A DNA stretch of 64,000 bases from Nitrosopumilus sp. (lineage in GTDB: Archaea; Thermoproteota; Nitrososphaeria; Nitrososphaerales; Nitrosopumilaceae): NCBI GenBank assembly GCA_965207445.1, contig CBDBLX010000002.1, positions 2,424,124 through 2,488,123 of the forward strand. The letters run 5' to 3'. A program made the position numbers and the translations under genes. The notes below the pieces were generated by a model. That model was not told where the DNA came from and searched no databases. It saw nothing but the letters and a program-made list of their open reading frames with translations. Below are positions 9,951 through 19,905 of this stretch, one piece after another (the first letter of the stretch is position 1; each line of letters opens with the position of its first letter).

Positions 9951-10058
9951 ATTCGATGAGTGTGTAATTGTCTGGCACACTAGCTCTTATCATCATCCCT
10001 TTTGGTCAGTTCGCCCATCGAATGTACGCTACGTGCCAGACTGTACAGGCGTACAATT
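9951..10058 (-). ncRNA. Putative structured small RNA with a C'/D' kink-turn
   Basis: Minus strand: CTGA-ccaaaaggg-ATGATGA enclosed by a long stem (GTCTGGCAC/GTGCCAGAC plus TAGC/GCTA); GC-richer patch in AT-rich spacer. Confidence 0.5.
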
Positions 10059-10075
10059 CATCTTCTTATTATCTG

Positions 10076-11326
10076 TCAGTGTAACATCTCAGATGCAATC
10101 TTTGCTGCATGTTGCGCACCACACCCATCAAAATTTTTTGCAAATTCGTCTAGTTTATCTACATATTCAGATTTGTTATTCTTGATAGTATGTATAGCTT
10201 TGATTATTTGATCTGTGTTATTTGCTAAAATTCCCAAGCCATGTTCATGAGCCCATCTAATATTATTTGTATGCTCATCATATATTGGAATTCCAATTAT
10301 GGGTTTTTTCTTGATCCCCATTATCTCACCCATGACAGTATGTGAACCATTTAAGACAGCATAGTCACACATCTCAAGTACCACATCCTTTTCATATTCA
10401 GAGAGAAATCCTATGTCTATCTGTACCCAATCTATCTTTTTGTCAATAGCTTCTTTTATCGTGTATCTATTATTATTCACATCCATCACAGAATTTATCT
10501 TTGGATCATCTCTTGCATGGGAGATCAATCTACGTTCACTATTTTTGATTTCGTCTGTGGCAAAAACGTCTTCATATCGTTTGCCTGTTCCATCATTGGT
10601 AGATTTGTTTCCAGTACGCATCCAATAACCAAAATCACCTAATTCTAATAATTCTTTTAGATCAGTAGTTTCACATATCTGACCAGTTTTATTTATATCA
10701 ACATCTGTTGCAAAATGGCCTACATACACTACTTTTTCCTTTAGCGAATTATTTGGAAAATTTAGGTTGTATTCACATATGGTATAAGGTGGAGGCGAGT
10801 CTGCTACTAGTATTTTAGAGGCTTTTGCTATCTGTTTTGATACAAACGAAAGAGCAGGATACAGATACGTTCGTGACTTGTACAATTTAGGTTTGAATTG
10901 ATTTGTGATGAATAGACAAGGTATGCCTCTGTTCTTTGCGAGTATATTTGATCCCATATCACCATCATTTACCACTAGATCAAACTTTTGTGTGTCGTAT
11001 AGTTTACGTTCCTCACGCAGATAATTTGTAATCTGCGTTATGAGTGAAGGGTTTTTCTCTATAGGAAAGAGTATATTTGCAAGTGATTTTGAGACACTAG
11101 GTCCCATCTTACCATCGATTGGAGTTGGCATTAGTATCTCATGTATATTGGCAGTGTTATCTACAAAACGCTCGAGTAATTTTTGATATATTTTTCCCTT
11201 ACTTGAATAATGAACCTCCACGTTGTATGAACTAGTCATATGTTGTGCTAATGCACGATCAAATCGCATCATTCTAGAATAATGCCCACCACCCCATGGA
11301 TAGATAAACTCACCTATCTTGTACAT
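10076..11326 (-). CDS. GT-B fold glycosyltransferase (GT28/MurG-like)
   Basis: GGGHYSR N-terminus, FDLVVND, NGSHTVMGE...PIIGIP..DEH..N. Confidence 0.85.
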   Translation of the reverse strand: MYKIGEFIYPWGGGHYSRMMRFDRALAQHMTSSYNVEVHYSSKGKIYQKLLERFVDNTANIHEILMPTPIDGKMGPSVSKSLANILFPIEKNPSLITQITNYLREERKLYDTQKFDLVVNDGDMGSNILAKNRGIPCLFITNQFKPKLYKSRTYLYPALSFVSKQIAKASKILVADSPPPYTICEYNLNFPNNSLKEKVVYVGHFATDVDINKTGQICETTDLKELLELGDFGYWMRTGNKSTNDGTGKRYEDVFATDEIKNSERRLISHARDDPKINSVMDVNNNRYTIKEAIDKKIDWVQIDIGFLSEYEKDVVLEMCDYAVLNGSHTVMGEIMGIKKKPIIGIPIYDEHTNNIRWAHEHGLGILANNTDQIIKAIHTIKNNKSEYVDKLDEFAKNFDGCGAQHAAKIASEMLH

Positions 11327-11813
11327 GATATGTCAAATAATATCCCGTTTAAATTATGATCTTCGTGTGTGCTCACCCTTTCTCTAACAAAGACATATTA
11401 TATTACAACAGTACGATAATTTTTACAACTAAACCGTACAAACATAAATTGTTACAAAATATAGTAACACTAAATATTATCAATAAGAGTTCATGTATAA
11501 TCAACCCATGCCTAAAATAATTATTTATGTTTTACAATAAATTAGTTTAAATGATACATGTTTTTTAATATAGTATAATATATTAGCTTGATGTAAAATC
11601 TCAATAAAATGGCGGTAGTTTTTGACGAGTGATTACATAATGTGAAAATGACATGATAATATTGATGGCATGCCACCGTACGTCAGCTGCAAAGTAGGAC
11701 TCAAGGGACTGCTGATGATGATGACACTCATTTAGATTACCAACGTTGATGGTACTATATTCTGCTCACAGAATATAGACAGACGGGTGTTGTAATAGTC
11801 TGGCCCACTTTCA

Positions 11814-13016
11814 CTATTGCTTATCGTCTTTCTTCCCGCTTGGCATTTCAGTCCAACCATAACCCGCACTATTAGTTGAATCGGTAGTAGTATGCAGCAT
11901 ATCTAATATTTCATGGACATTGTTTTGTCCTGGCCGAATTGTGATTTTTTGAGTGTTTATGATTTGTGTTTGTGTTGGTTTGATTATAGATTCTGTATTT
12001 TTAACAATGGCAGCAGACATTATTGTCTTTTCGAGACTTTTGATTCCCGCTTGGCCCAGACTCAACTCACGCGCAATCTCATACACACTTACACCGGATC
12101 CTACCAACGGTACGATTGGAATCATACCATACTCAAACACATATCTCAAATATGCATCAGTCACATGTATAGGAAAGATTCCATGTGGGATTGCAAGTGC
12201 AATTCTATGGTGAACACCTTTCTTAGAGTATCGGTCCAATACAATTTGTGTAATTGCATTTACATATTTTATGTAAGATTTGCTTTTATTATCATATTTT
12301 AGATGAATGAACTCTAATCTCACTTCAACGTCCAACATTCTAGGGATCAATCGGTTGAACAATCGTACTAGATTTCGCAACTCGGTCTTTTTTTTATAAA
12401 AGATCATTATTTTAACATCGTATCCTTGACGCATACACTCAAAGCAAGATATAGCAGATAATTCGTCATATATAGCACATATTGTGTAACGCTCCTGTTG
12501 GGTCTTCTCTGTTGGCCTTCCCCACATAGCACCATCAGAAAATATACAGACATATGCGTTTTTTCTAGTAACATACGTATATAGCTCCTTGTCAAATTTT
12601 TCCTCTGTTCCAGGTATGGCTCCATGTTCTTTTCTTTCTATTATCTTTGATGTGGCTGCAATTTCTGCATCTTTTGCAATATATCCCTTTGTGATTCCAT
12701 CCACTCGAACCAAAAAACGCTCACCACGCAACAACATATTACCTCCAATCGATGCAATTTTTGAGATCACTTCATCAAAATTATTGTTGATCTTTCTTGC
12801 AATAGCAACTCTACTAACTCCAAACAACAATCCTATTGCAGATGATGCAAATACAGGATCATTTGTCTGAACCAATATTACATCACAATCGCGTTTTATG
12901 GATTGATATTGCTGTCCCCTAATTTTTAAAATGGTCTTGATATTGATTAAAAGTTGCGGAATTCTTTTTTTTGCAAATATGGCCGGAAAAACAACGACAT
13001 ATGATACAGTCTCCAT
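11814..13016 (-). CDS. THUMP-domain ThiI-like protein with degenerate PP-loop
   Basis: FGVSRVAIA, FLVRV (THUMP region); the expected SGGxDS reads AIYDELS. Confidence 0.7.
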   Translation of the reverse strand: METVSYVVVFPAIFAKKRIPQLLINIKTILKIRGQQYQSIKRDCDVILVQTNDPVFASSAIGLLFGVSRVAIARKINNNFDEVISKIASIGGNMLLRGERFLVRVDGITKGYIAKDAEIAATSKIIERKEHGAIPGTEEKFDKELYTYVTRKNAYVCIFSDGAMWGRPTEKTQQERYTICAIYDELSAISCFECMRQGYDVKIMIFYKKKTELRNLVRLFNRLIPRMLDVEVRLEFIHLKYDNKSKSYIKYVNAITQIVLDRYSKKGVHHRIALAIPHGIFPIHVTDAYLRYVFEYGMIPIVPLVGSGVSVYEIARELSLGQAGIKSLEKTIMSAAIVKNTESIIKPTQTQIINTQKITIRPGQNNVHEILDMLHTTTDSTNSAGYGWTEMPSGKKDDKQ

Positions 13017-13244
13017 TGTCAACTTTAATTGTAATATGGTTTTTAATCTAACGTTACAATACGTATAGCAAGTCATAAAATGATTTTGTGTGCAAGCTTT
13101 GCAACAAATTTAGTTAAAAGAATTTTTTAGGTGTTTTTTATTATTATGTATATATAATGTGCAAGATAATATAACAGATAATTTATACAAAACATTATAT
13201 TATTTTTTGATTTGCTAATAATTTCTAGTAAGCTGTATGATCTT

Positions 13245-13865
13245 TTATATGACTTTTGTAGGTTTTTTAAGATTGTTTACCACCAATCTTATTGCATGGG
13301 GATACGCAATGTGTTCCTTTTGTAAGATACGTTTGGCAAGTGTCTCCTCAGTATCATCTTCCAATACAGGAACTGCATACTGTACTATAATGGGCCCCGT
13401 ATCCACACCTTCATCTGCATAATGAACGGTACAACCAGACCATTTAGCACCATCTTGTATGGCTTGTCTTTGTGCATGCAATCCAGGATACATAGGCAAC
13501 AAAGCAGGATGTATATTCAATACGACATACTTGTTTACCACATCAGACGGAACTATACGCATAAACCCCGCCATGCATATAATATCAGGGTTTAATTCTT
13601 TGAGTTTGATAGACAATTCCTTTTTTACATCACTTATCACACTACATGCTATTCCATGATTTTGTGCTATCACTAAACCATGTGCATCTGCAACATTTGA
13701 TATTACATGTGATACACGTACATTTGGTATATTTTGCATCTCTACAGCATCAATTATTGATTTCATGTTACTGCCTCTGCCAGATATTAAAATGACTATA
13801 TCGAGTATGTTTATTGGTAAATCAGTTATCTCTGATTTTGTACAATTTGTAAATGAAGAATCCAT
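13245..13865 (-). CDS. purN: Phosphoribosylglycinamide formyltransferase
   Basis: LISGRGSNM, LNIHPALLP, GCTVHY..EGVDTGPII. Confidence 0.95.
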   Translation of the reverse strand: MDSSFTNCTKSEITDLPINILDIVILISGRGSNMKSIIDAVEMQNIPNVRVSHVISNVADAHGLVIAQNHGIACSVISDVKKELSIKLKELNPDIICMAGFMRIVPSDVVNKYVVLNIHPALLPMYPGLHAQRQAIQDGAKWSGCTVHYADEGVDTGPIIVQYAVPVLEDDTEETLAKRILQKEHIAYPHAIRLVVNNLKKPTKVI

Positions 13866-13916
13866 GAGACAAAAAAGATCTATTATATTATATTCGTTAA
13901 GCGGCAAACGTCAATT

Positions 13917-14159
13917 ATGACACTACATTGTATTGATACAGATACCATATCTCAAATAGCAGCAGAGATACTTCAAAAGTCCACAGAGTGTAAAAAACCA
14001 ATATATCTACACATTGTACACACACAGGAACAAAATAATGACAAAGTACTGAAAATTTATAACGACAAACCGCCACACAACCACCCATCAATAGTAGCAA
14101 CACCAAACGACACACAAAGTACAGTTGAGAATAGAGTTGCCAGATTATACAAATTATGA
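13917..14159 (+). CDS. Small hypothetical protein
   Basis: 80-aa ORF divergent from purN and upstream of cysH; no recognised motif. Confidence 0.45.
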   Translation: MTLHCIDTDTISQIAAEILQKSTECKKPIYLHIVHTQEQNNDKVLKIYNDKPPHNHPSIVATPNDTQSTVENRVARLYKL

Positions 14160-14206
14160 TTACATAATATATTGTAATTAATATATGGTAAAGATATGAC
14201 AAAAGT

Positions 14207-14923
14207 ATGAGTAAATTTACCCAAAAAGAGGTAGAAGAATTAAACGCCACAATTACTAGTGCACAAGAGGCATTACAATGGGCATCAGATAATCTGCACC
14301 CAAAGGTGGCAAAAGCATCTAGTTTTGGCGCCGAGGATGCAGTTATCATGGACTTGATGTTAAAGATAAATTCCGACTTTCGTTTTTTTACATTAGATAC
14401 AGGACGTCTACCCAAAGAGACATACGAGACGATAGATGCTGTATATAGAAGATATGGCATCAAAGTAGAAGTCTTGTTTCCAGATGCTACTCTAGTACAA
14501 GAGATGGTCAATACAAAAGGTATCAATCTATTTTATGATAGTGTAGAAAATCGCAAGCTCTGCTGCAATATACGCAAGGTTCAGCCAATGAATAAAATGC
14601 TTACAACTCTAGATGGATGGATTACCGGATTGCGCAGCGAGCAGACAAAATTACGTCATGCCGCTACAATGTTCCAGCTAGATGTAGCACACGACAACAT
14701 ACTCAAGATAAATCCTATAATAAATTGGAGTTGGGAAGATGTTCAAAAGTACCTTAAATCACATGATGTGGTGTATAATTCACTGCTTGATAAAGGGTAT
14801 CCAAGTATAGGATGTGATCCATGTACACGACCCATAAAAGAAGGACAATCATTGCGAGATGGTAGGTGGTGGTGGGAAAATACCGGTGAGATTAAAGAAT
14901 GTGGAATTCATATAGAACCATAA
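14207..14923 (+). CDS. cysH: APS/PAPS reductase (CC and CxxC Fe-S motifs of the APS-reducing type)
   Basis: LDTGRLP, LCCNIRKV.P, WITGLR.EQ, GYPSIGCDPCT, RWWWE...ECGIH. Confidence 0.95.
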   Translation: MSKFTQKEVEELNATITSAQEALQWASDNLHPKVAKASSFGAEDAVIMDLMLKINSDFRFFTLDTGRLPKETYETIDAVYRRYGIKVEVLFPDATLVQEMVNTKGINLFYDSVENRKLCCNIRKVQPMNKMLTTLDGWITGLRSEQTKLRHAATMFQLDVAHDNILKINPIINWSWEDVQKYLKSHDVVYNSLLDKGYPSIGCDPCTRPIKEGQSLRDGRWWWENTGEIKECGIHIEP

Positions 14924-14943
14924 TCTAAGTAAATTTGATTACA

Positions 14944-16098
14944 ATGGCGCAAAATGGAATGATCAATGCACACGGTGGCAAGCTGATAGACCGTATGGTC
15001 AAAAATACCAAAGATACAGAAAACATGTATGCAGTGAGTATATCAGATGATTTGGCAAATGATGTCGAGAATATCGCAGACGGTATATTCAGTCCACTTG
15101 AAGGATTCTTGGACCAAGATGATGTAGAATCAGTTGTAAAGCGAGGAAGACTAGCAAATGATGTGGCATGGACTATACCCATTGTGTTGGATGCATCCAA
15201 AGATGATGCAATGGCAATAAAAGATGCAGGAGAGGTGTTGTTGAAAAATTCACAAGGCGTAGGAATTGCAATACTGTCTGTCAATGACATATACAAATCA
15301 GCAAAAGAGGATATAGCACAAGGCGTGTATGGTGTAGTTGATACATCACATCCAGGCGTTGCATATACATTATCACTGCAAGAGTATTTTGTATCAGGTA
15401 AAATTGATTATATACAAAGACCCGATGATAGTAAAATATCTTTGCGCTCTGACAGACAGACACCACAGCAGACACGCAAAGCATTTGAGAATGCAGGGTG
15501 GAAAACAATATGTGCATTTCAAACTAGGAACCCACCACATGTAGCACATGAAATACTGCAAAAGACATCTATTACAACACGTGATGGTGTCTTTGTAAAT
15601 CCGCTTGTAGGCCGCAAAAAAAAGGGCGACTTTGTAGACGAGTTGATAATATCATGTTACAAGGAGGTGATAAAGCTATACTATCCAGAAAAACGATGTC
15701 ATTTTGCAACCGTGCACACAGAGATGAAATATGCAGGTCCAAAAGAAGCCATACATCACGCCATAATGAGGCAGAATTATGGGTGTACGCATATTATAAT
15801 CGGGCGAGATCATGCAGGAGTAGGATCCTTTTACAGTCCATTTGCAGCCCAAGAGATATTCTCAGAGTATCCTGAACTAGAAATACAACCAGTATTCTTT
15901 CCAGCATTCTTTTACTGTAATTTGTGTCTCACGTATACAAACATAAAATGTTGTCCACACGATGACAGCTCAAGAGAACAGATAAGTGGTACGATGCTCA
16001 GAGAGATGATTCAGAACCACAAGACACCCTCAAAATTCATTTTGCGCCCCGAAGTATCAGAGATCATATTAAAGCACCCAAATCCATTTGTAACATAA
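14944..16098 (+). CDS. sat: Sulfate adenylyltransferase
   Basis: [46 protein letters not shown]. Confidence 0.96.
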   Translation: MAQNGMINAHGGKLIDRMVKNTKDTENMYAVSISDDLANDVENIADGIFSPLEGFLDQDDVESVVKRGRLANDVAWTIPIVLDASKDDAMAIKDAGEVLLKNSQGVGIAILSVNDIYKSAKEDIAQGVYGVVDTSHPGVAYTLSLQEYFVSGKIDYIQRPDDSKISLRSDRQTPQQTRKAFENAGWKTICAFQTRNPPHVAHEILQKTSITTRDGVFVNPLVGRKKKGDFVDELIISCYKEVIKLYYPEKRCHFATVHTEMKYAGPKEAIHHAIMRQNYGCTHIIIGRDHAGVGSFYSPFAAQEIFSEYPELEIQPVFFPAFFYCNLCLTYTNIKCCPHDDSSREQISGTMLREMIQNHKTPSKFILRPEVSEIILKHPNPFVT

Positions 16099-16241
16099 AC
16101 CATATTATAAAAAATACAAAGTATCTACAGGTATAGTATCTAAAATAAATTGTTCAAAATAAGTTATCCAAAATCATACCAGAGTACAATCCAAATATTA
16201 CACGTGACAACTACTTTATTCAGATCATACTATCATATATT

Positions 16242-17036
16242 ATGGATTTTAAAGGAAAGACAGTACTTGTCACAGGGGCATCATCTGGTATAGGTAGAGA
16301 GACTGCCATACAATTTGCACGCAAAGGTGCTAATGTAATTTTGGTTGCAAGAAGAAGCGAATTATTAAAAAAGATTGCAGCAGATATAATCTCCAAGTGT
16401 GATGATCAAAATATCCGTGTCACAGCACACATGTGTGATATATCAAAAAAGGACCAAGTAACAAACATGATAAAAACAGTATTAAATGAATTTGAGAATG
16501 TGGATATTTTAGTGAATAATGCAGGATTTGCAATTAGTGGTGCTGTCTCAAACACCTCAATTGAAGATATCGAGTCACAAATGCGCACCAATTATTTTGG
16601 TATGATATATTGCACAAAAAGTCTACTACAGCACATGACACAACGTGGTTCTGGACATATAATCAATGTAGCATCAGTTGCTGCAAGTTTCGGGTTACCA
16701 GGAATAGCTCCGTACTGTGCATCGAAATTTGCAATGCTAGGTTTCTCAGAGGGACTCAAACATGAGTTAAAGGGGACGGGGGTCGGGGTGACGGTGGTAA
16801 GTCCCATTATGGTCAGAACTGAGTTTTTCAACCATCCATGTTTCAAGAATGTTCCGACTAATCCAGCCATGTCGCTGCACCCAAAAACAGTAGCAAAGGC
16901 GGTTCTAAAAGCAGCAAACTCTCCAAGACTCGAGATCATAGTGCCACCCATAGTCCGAGTAGCGGTATGGTTCAAGAATACATTCCCATTTTTTACAAAC
17001 CCAATACTTGGGAATGTATTCAAACGTTATATGTGA
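16242..17036 (+). CDS. Short-chain dehydrogenase/reductase
   Basis: TGASSGIG, NNAG, YCASK. Confidence 0.93.
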   Translation: MDFKGKTVLVTGASSGIGRETAIQFARKGANVILVARRSELLKKIAADIISKCDDQNIRVTAHMCDISKKDQVTNMIKTVLNEFENVDILVNNAGFAISGAVSNTSIEDIESQMRTNYFGMIYCTKSLLQHMTQRGSGHIINVASVAASFGLPGIAPYCASKFAMLGFSEGLKHELKGTGVGVTVVSPIMVRTEFFNHPCFKNVPTNPAMSLHPKTVAKAVLKAANSPRLEIIVPPIVRVAVWFKNTFPFFTNPILGNVFKRYM

Positions 17037-17107
17037 ATATTAAGTAAAGTATTAAATAAAGTATTAAATAAAGTATTAAATAAAATATTGTAAGAGTTCA
17101 AACACAA

Positions 17108-17269
17108 TTATTTTTTCTCAACATCAATATCAAACTCAGAAAATGATATGTCGGTACCACAAAAAGGGCATTTCCCACTTTTTAGCTCCGAATTATCTTT
17201 TAGAGGTTTTATCATCGTCATATGTGTAATCAATTTACCACATTTAGCACACATAATGCTTACAGACAT
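17108..17269 (-). CDS. 53-aa zinc-ribbon microprotein (not in ORF track)
   Basis: MSVSIMCAKCGKLITHMTMIKPLKDNSELKSGKCPFCGTDISFSEFDIDVEKK; two CxxC motifs. Confidence 0.7.
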   Translation of the reverse strand: MSVSIMCAKCGKLITHMTMIKPLKDNSELKSGKCPFCGTDISFSEFDIDVEKK

Positions 17270-17465
17270 ATTATGATTTTAAATATTATTAGATAAAATG
17301 TTTTTTATTTGAAATAGATTAAAAATTACATGTTCAGAACAGACTTTTAGTTAGTAAAGTATAGTTAATACAAAATTGACTAGATTCAACAATTTTAATC
17401 AACAATGTATATTTGAAAATGTTCACATGTACAAACAAAAATATAAAATCTAGGCAGAGTTGCGA

Positions 17466-17834
17466 TCAATTATCTTTAGATATTACAATTCCGCGCTCAT
17501 CAAAATCAACCACTCTAGCTCTAGTGTATACGGGCAGGTCATCAGGAGTCGCAATATTTGCCATAAACCCAGATATTCTCAGATCAGAGTTATCAACGTT
17601 CATTACAACAAATGCATATGGGGTATATTTTTCAAATCCAGTAGGTGGGACGGTTATGATCGTGTATGTGACGATTTTTCCTTTACCATCCAACATCACT
17701 GGTTCAAACTCTTTTGCACCACATTTTTGGCAAAAGTATATGGTGCTTAAATGCAAGTATCCACATTTTGTACATTTGTGTACAAGTATCTTGCCTTGTT
17801 TAGCACAATTTTTTATCTCTTCTTTGACAGACAT
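17466..17834 (-). CDS. DUF35 Zn-ribbon/OB-fold protein (thiolase partner)
   Basis: CTKCG...CQKCG, GKIVTYT, PY.FVV; coupled to thiolase. Confidence 0.9.
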   Translation of the reverse strand: MSVKEEIKNCAKQGKILVHKCTKCGYLHLSTIYFCQKCGAKEFEPVMLDGKGKIVTYTIITVPPTGFEKYTPYAFVVMNVDNSDLRISGFMANIATPDDLPVYTRARVVDFDERGIVISKDN

Positions 17835-17836
17835 CT

Positions 17837-18991
17837 TTACACACTTTCAAATATGTGAACAGCACAACTGGCACCTGTTGCACCAAAGTTGTGTGTAAGG
17901 CCTATATGAGCATCTTTAACCGTTCTCTCTCCTGCGCGTCCAGTGAGTTGATCATACACTTCAGCTACTTGCCCAACACCAGTAGCCCCAATTGGGTGTC
18001 CTTTGGACTTTAAGCCACCAGATGGATTAATTGAAATATCAGAATTGAGACTAGTCTTCCCCTCTCGAGCTGCCTGTACACCTTGACCTTTCTCAAAAAA
18101 GCCTAAATCTTCAGTATCGACTACCTCTGCGATTGTAAAACAGTCATGAACTTCTGCAAAGTCTATATCACTAGGCCCAACGTTTGCCATCTTATACGCA
18201 GCATCAGCAGCAATTTTTGTGCTAGGAATTGTAGTTAGGTGTTCACGTCCTTGTAGTGCAGCAGGTGAGCCGCCTCGTCCAGAACCTATAACCTTGACAT
18301 AATCACCACCATGTTCTTTTGCAAACTGCTCTGAACACAAAATCACAGAACTAGCACCATCAGAAAACGGACAGCAATCAAAGAGTTTTAATGGACTTGC
18401 AATTACAGCAGACTTCATCACATCATCTACAGTAATGCGTTTTTTCAGATGAGCCTTTGGATTCAAGATCCCATTTTCATGGTTCTTGACTGCAACATGT
18501 GCAAAGTCTTCTTCTGTTGCTCCAAATTCAGTAATGTATGCACGTGCCATAGATGCAAAGAGTCCTGGAAATGATGCACCAGACTGCCCTTCGTAAAAAT
18601 AATCAGAACAATAAGCAAAGTATGTCGTAGTCCACTCTGTACCTGTATGTGTGACCTTTTCAACACCAGTGACAACTAAACAGTCATAAAATCCTGCTGC
18701 CACATTTGCAAATGCCTCTCTAAATGAGACAGAACCGCTACCACAAGCAGATTCAATCGATAGTGATGGTTTATCAGATATGCCCAAATTACTCATCAAG
18801 ACAGGTCCAATGTGTACTTGTTTATCTGCAACACCAAACACATTTGATATATAAGATGCCTTGATCTCTTTTGGCTCTATTCCAGCATCTTCAATTGCAG
18901 CAACAGAAGCCTGTGTAGTGATATCAGATATACTATCAGAAAGATTGCCATATTTCGTACTTCCTGCTCCAAGAACGCAAACTTGTTCCAC
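17837..18991 (-). CDS. Acetyl-CoA acetyltransferase (archaeal thiolase)
   Basis: IESACGSG, AEVHDCFT, NPSGGLKSKGHPIGATG; GTG start at VEQVCV. Confidence 0.93.
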   Translation of the reverse strand: MEQVCVLGAGSTKYGNLSDSISDITTQASVAAIEDAGIEPKEIKASYISNVFGVADKQVHIGPVLMSNLGISDKPSLSIESACGSGSVSFREAFANVAAGFYDCLVVTGVEKVTHTGTEWTTTYFAYCSDYFYEGQSGASFPGLFASMARAYITEFGATEEDFAHVAVKNHENGILNPKAHLKKRITVDDVMKSAVIASPLKLFDCCPFSDGASSVILCSEQFAKEHGGDYVKVIGSGRGGSPAALQGREHLTTIPSTKIAADAAYKMANVGPSDIDFAEVHDCFTIAEVVDTEDLGFFEKGQGVQAAREGKTSLNSDISINPSGGLKSKGHPIGATGVGQVAEVYDQLTGRAGERTVKDAHIGLTHNFGATGASCAVHIFESV

Positions 18992-19050
18992 AAAACGAAT
19001 CAGAATGTTCCCTATAAAAATTGTAATAACAGAAATTTTTACATATTTGT

Positions 19051-19905
19051 ATGGCAAAGACGACAAGAGGCAAAACCAAAGACGGCAAAAAGATGACACA
19101 AACAGTTAACAAATCTAAAACTAAAGAAAAGGCATCATCATCGCACAAAGCATCATCATCGCACAAAGCATCATCATCGCACAAAGCATCATCATCGCAC
19201 AAAGCATCATCATCGCACAAAGCATCATCATCGCACAAAGCATCATCATCGCACAAAGCATCATCATCGCACAAAGCATCATCATCGCACAAAGCATCAT
19301 CATCGCACAAAGCATCATCATCGCACAAAGCATCATCATCGCACAAAGCATCATCATCGCACAAAGCATCATCATCGCACAAAGCATCATCATCGCACAA
19401 AGCATCATCATCGCACAAAGCATCATCATCGCACAAAGCATCATCATCGCACAAAGCATCATCACGTTCAAAATCAAAAAAACGCCAACAAAATACAGAC
19501 AGACATACAGTTCAAACCATCAAATCTGAAGCCAAGATTCTAAAAAACCAGATTCAACAGTATATGGATTCTAGTGGATACGTATCATGGTCTGCAAAAA
19601 AGCGGCAATATGCAATATTTGGCGTCAACTCAGCAAAAGACGGACTTGTTCCATGTCCAAACTGTGGCATAGGTCAACTGCATGTAATAAAGTCACCGAA
19701 AAGTGGCAAGCGTTTTATTGGATGTACCAATTTTTATGGCGGATGTGACGCATCGTCACCCTTGTTGCAAAAAGCAAGACTACGGGCAACAAAAAAGGCA
19801 TGCAGTATATGCAAATGGCCAGAAGTGATATTTCGATACTCATCAAAACAGAAATGGACCAGACAGTGTTCCAACATTGCATGTCCTACTAGATCAGATA
19901 CGTAA
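19051..19905 (+). CDS. Topoisomerase-type C4 zinc-finger protein with (ASSSHK)n N-terminal tract
   Basis: CPNCG.G.L...KS..GKRFIGCTNF..C and CSIC...CSNIAC; start uncertain (19051 or 19093). Confidence 0.8.
   Translation: MAKTTRGKTKDGKKMTQTVNKSKTKEKASSSHKASSSHKASSSHKASSSHKASSSHKASSSHKASSSHKASSSHKASSSHKASSSHKASSSHKASSSHKASSSHKASSSHKASSSHKASSSHKASSSHKASSSHKASSRSKSKKRQQNTDRHTVQTIKSEAKILKNQIQQYMDSSGYVSWSAKKRQYAIFGVNSAKDGLVPCPNCGIGQLHVIKSPKSGKRFIGCTNFYGGCDASSPLLQKARLRATKKACSICKWPEVIFRYSSKQKWTRQCSNIACPTRSDT
19132..19464 (+). repeat. Perfect 18-bp tandem repeat GCATCATCATCGCACAAA, ~18.5 copies
   Basis: Read directly; encodes (ASSSHK)18. Confidence 0.97.

Noticed and set aside
13915..14526. 203-aa minus-strand ORF and other antisense ORFs such as 41359-41976
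   Set aside because: They overlap well-supported genes on the opposite strand and carry no motifs.
18936..19477. Antisense ORFs (CDDDAL)n and (CAMMML)n
   Set aside because: By-products of the stop-free 18-bp repeat; only the + frame joins a conserved domain.
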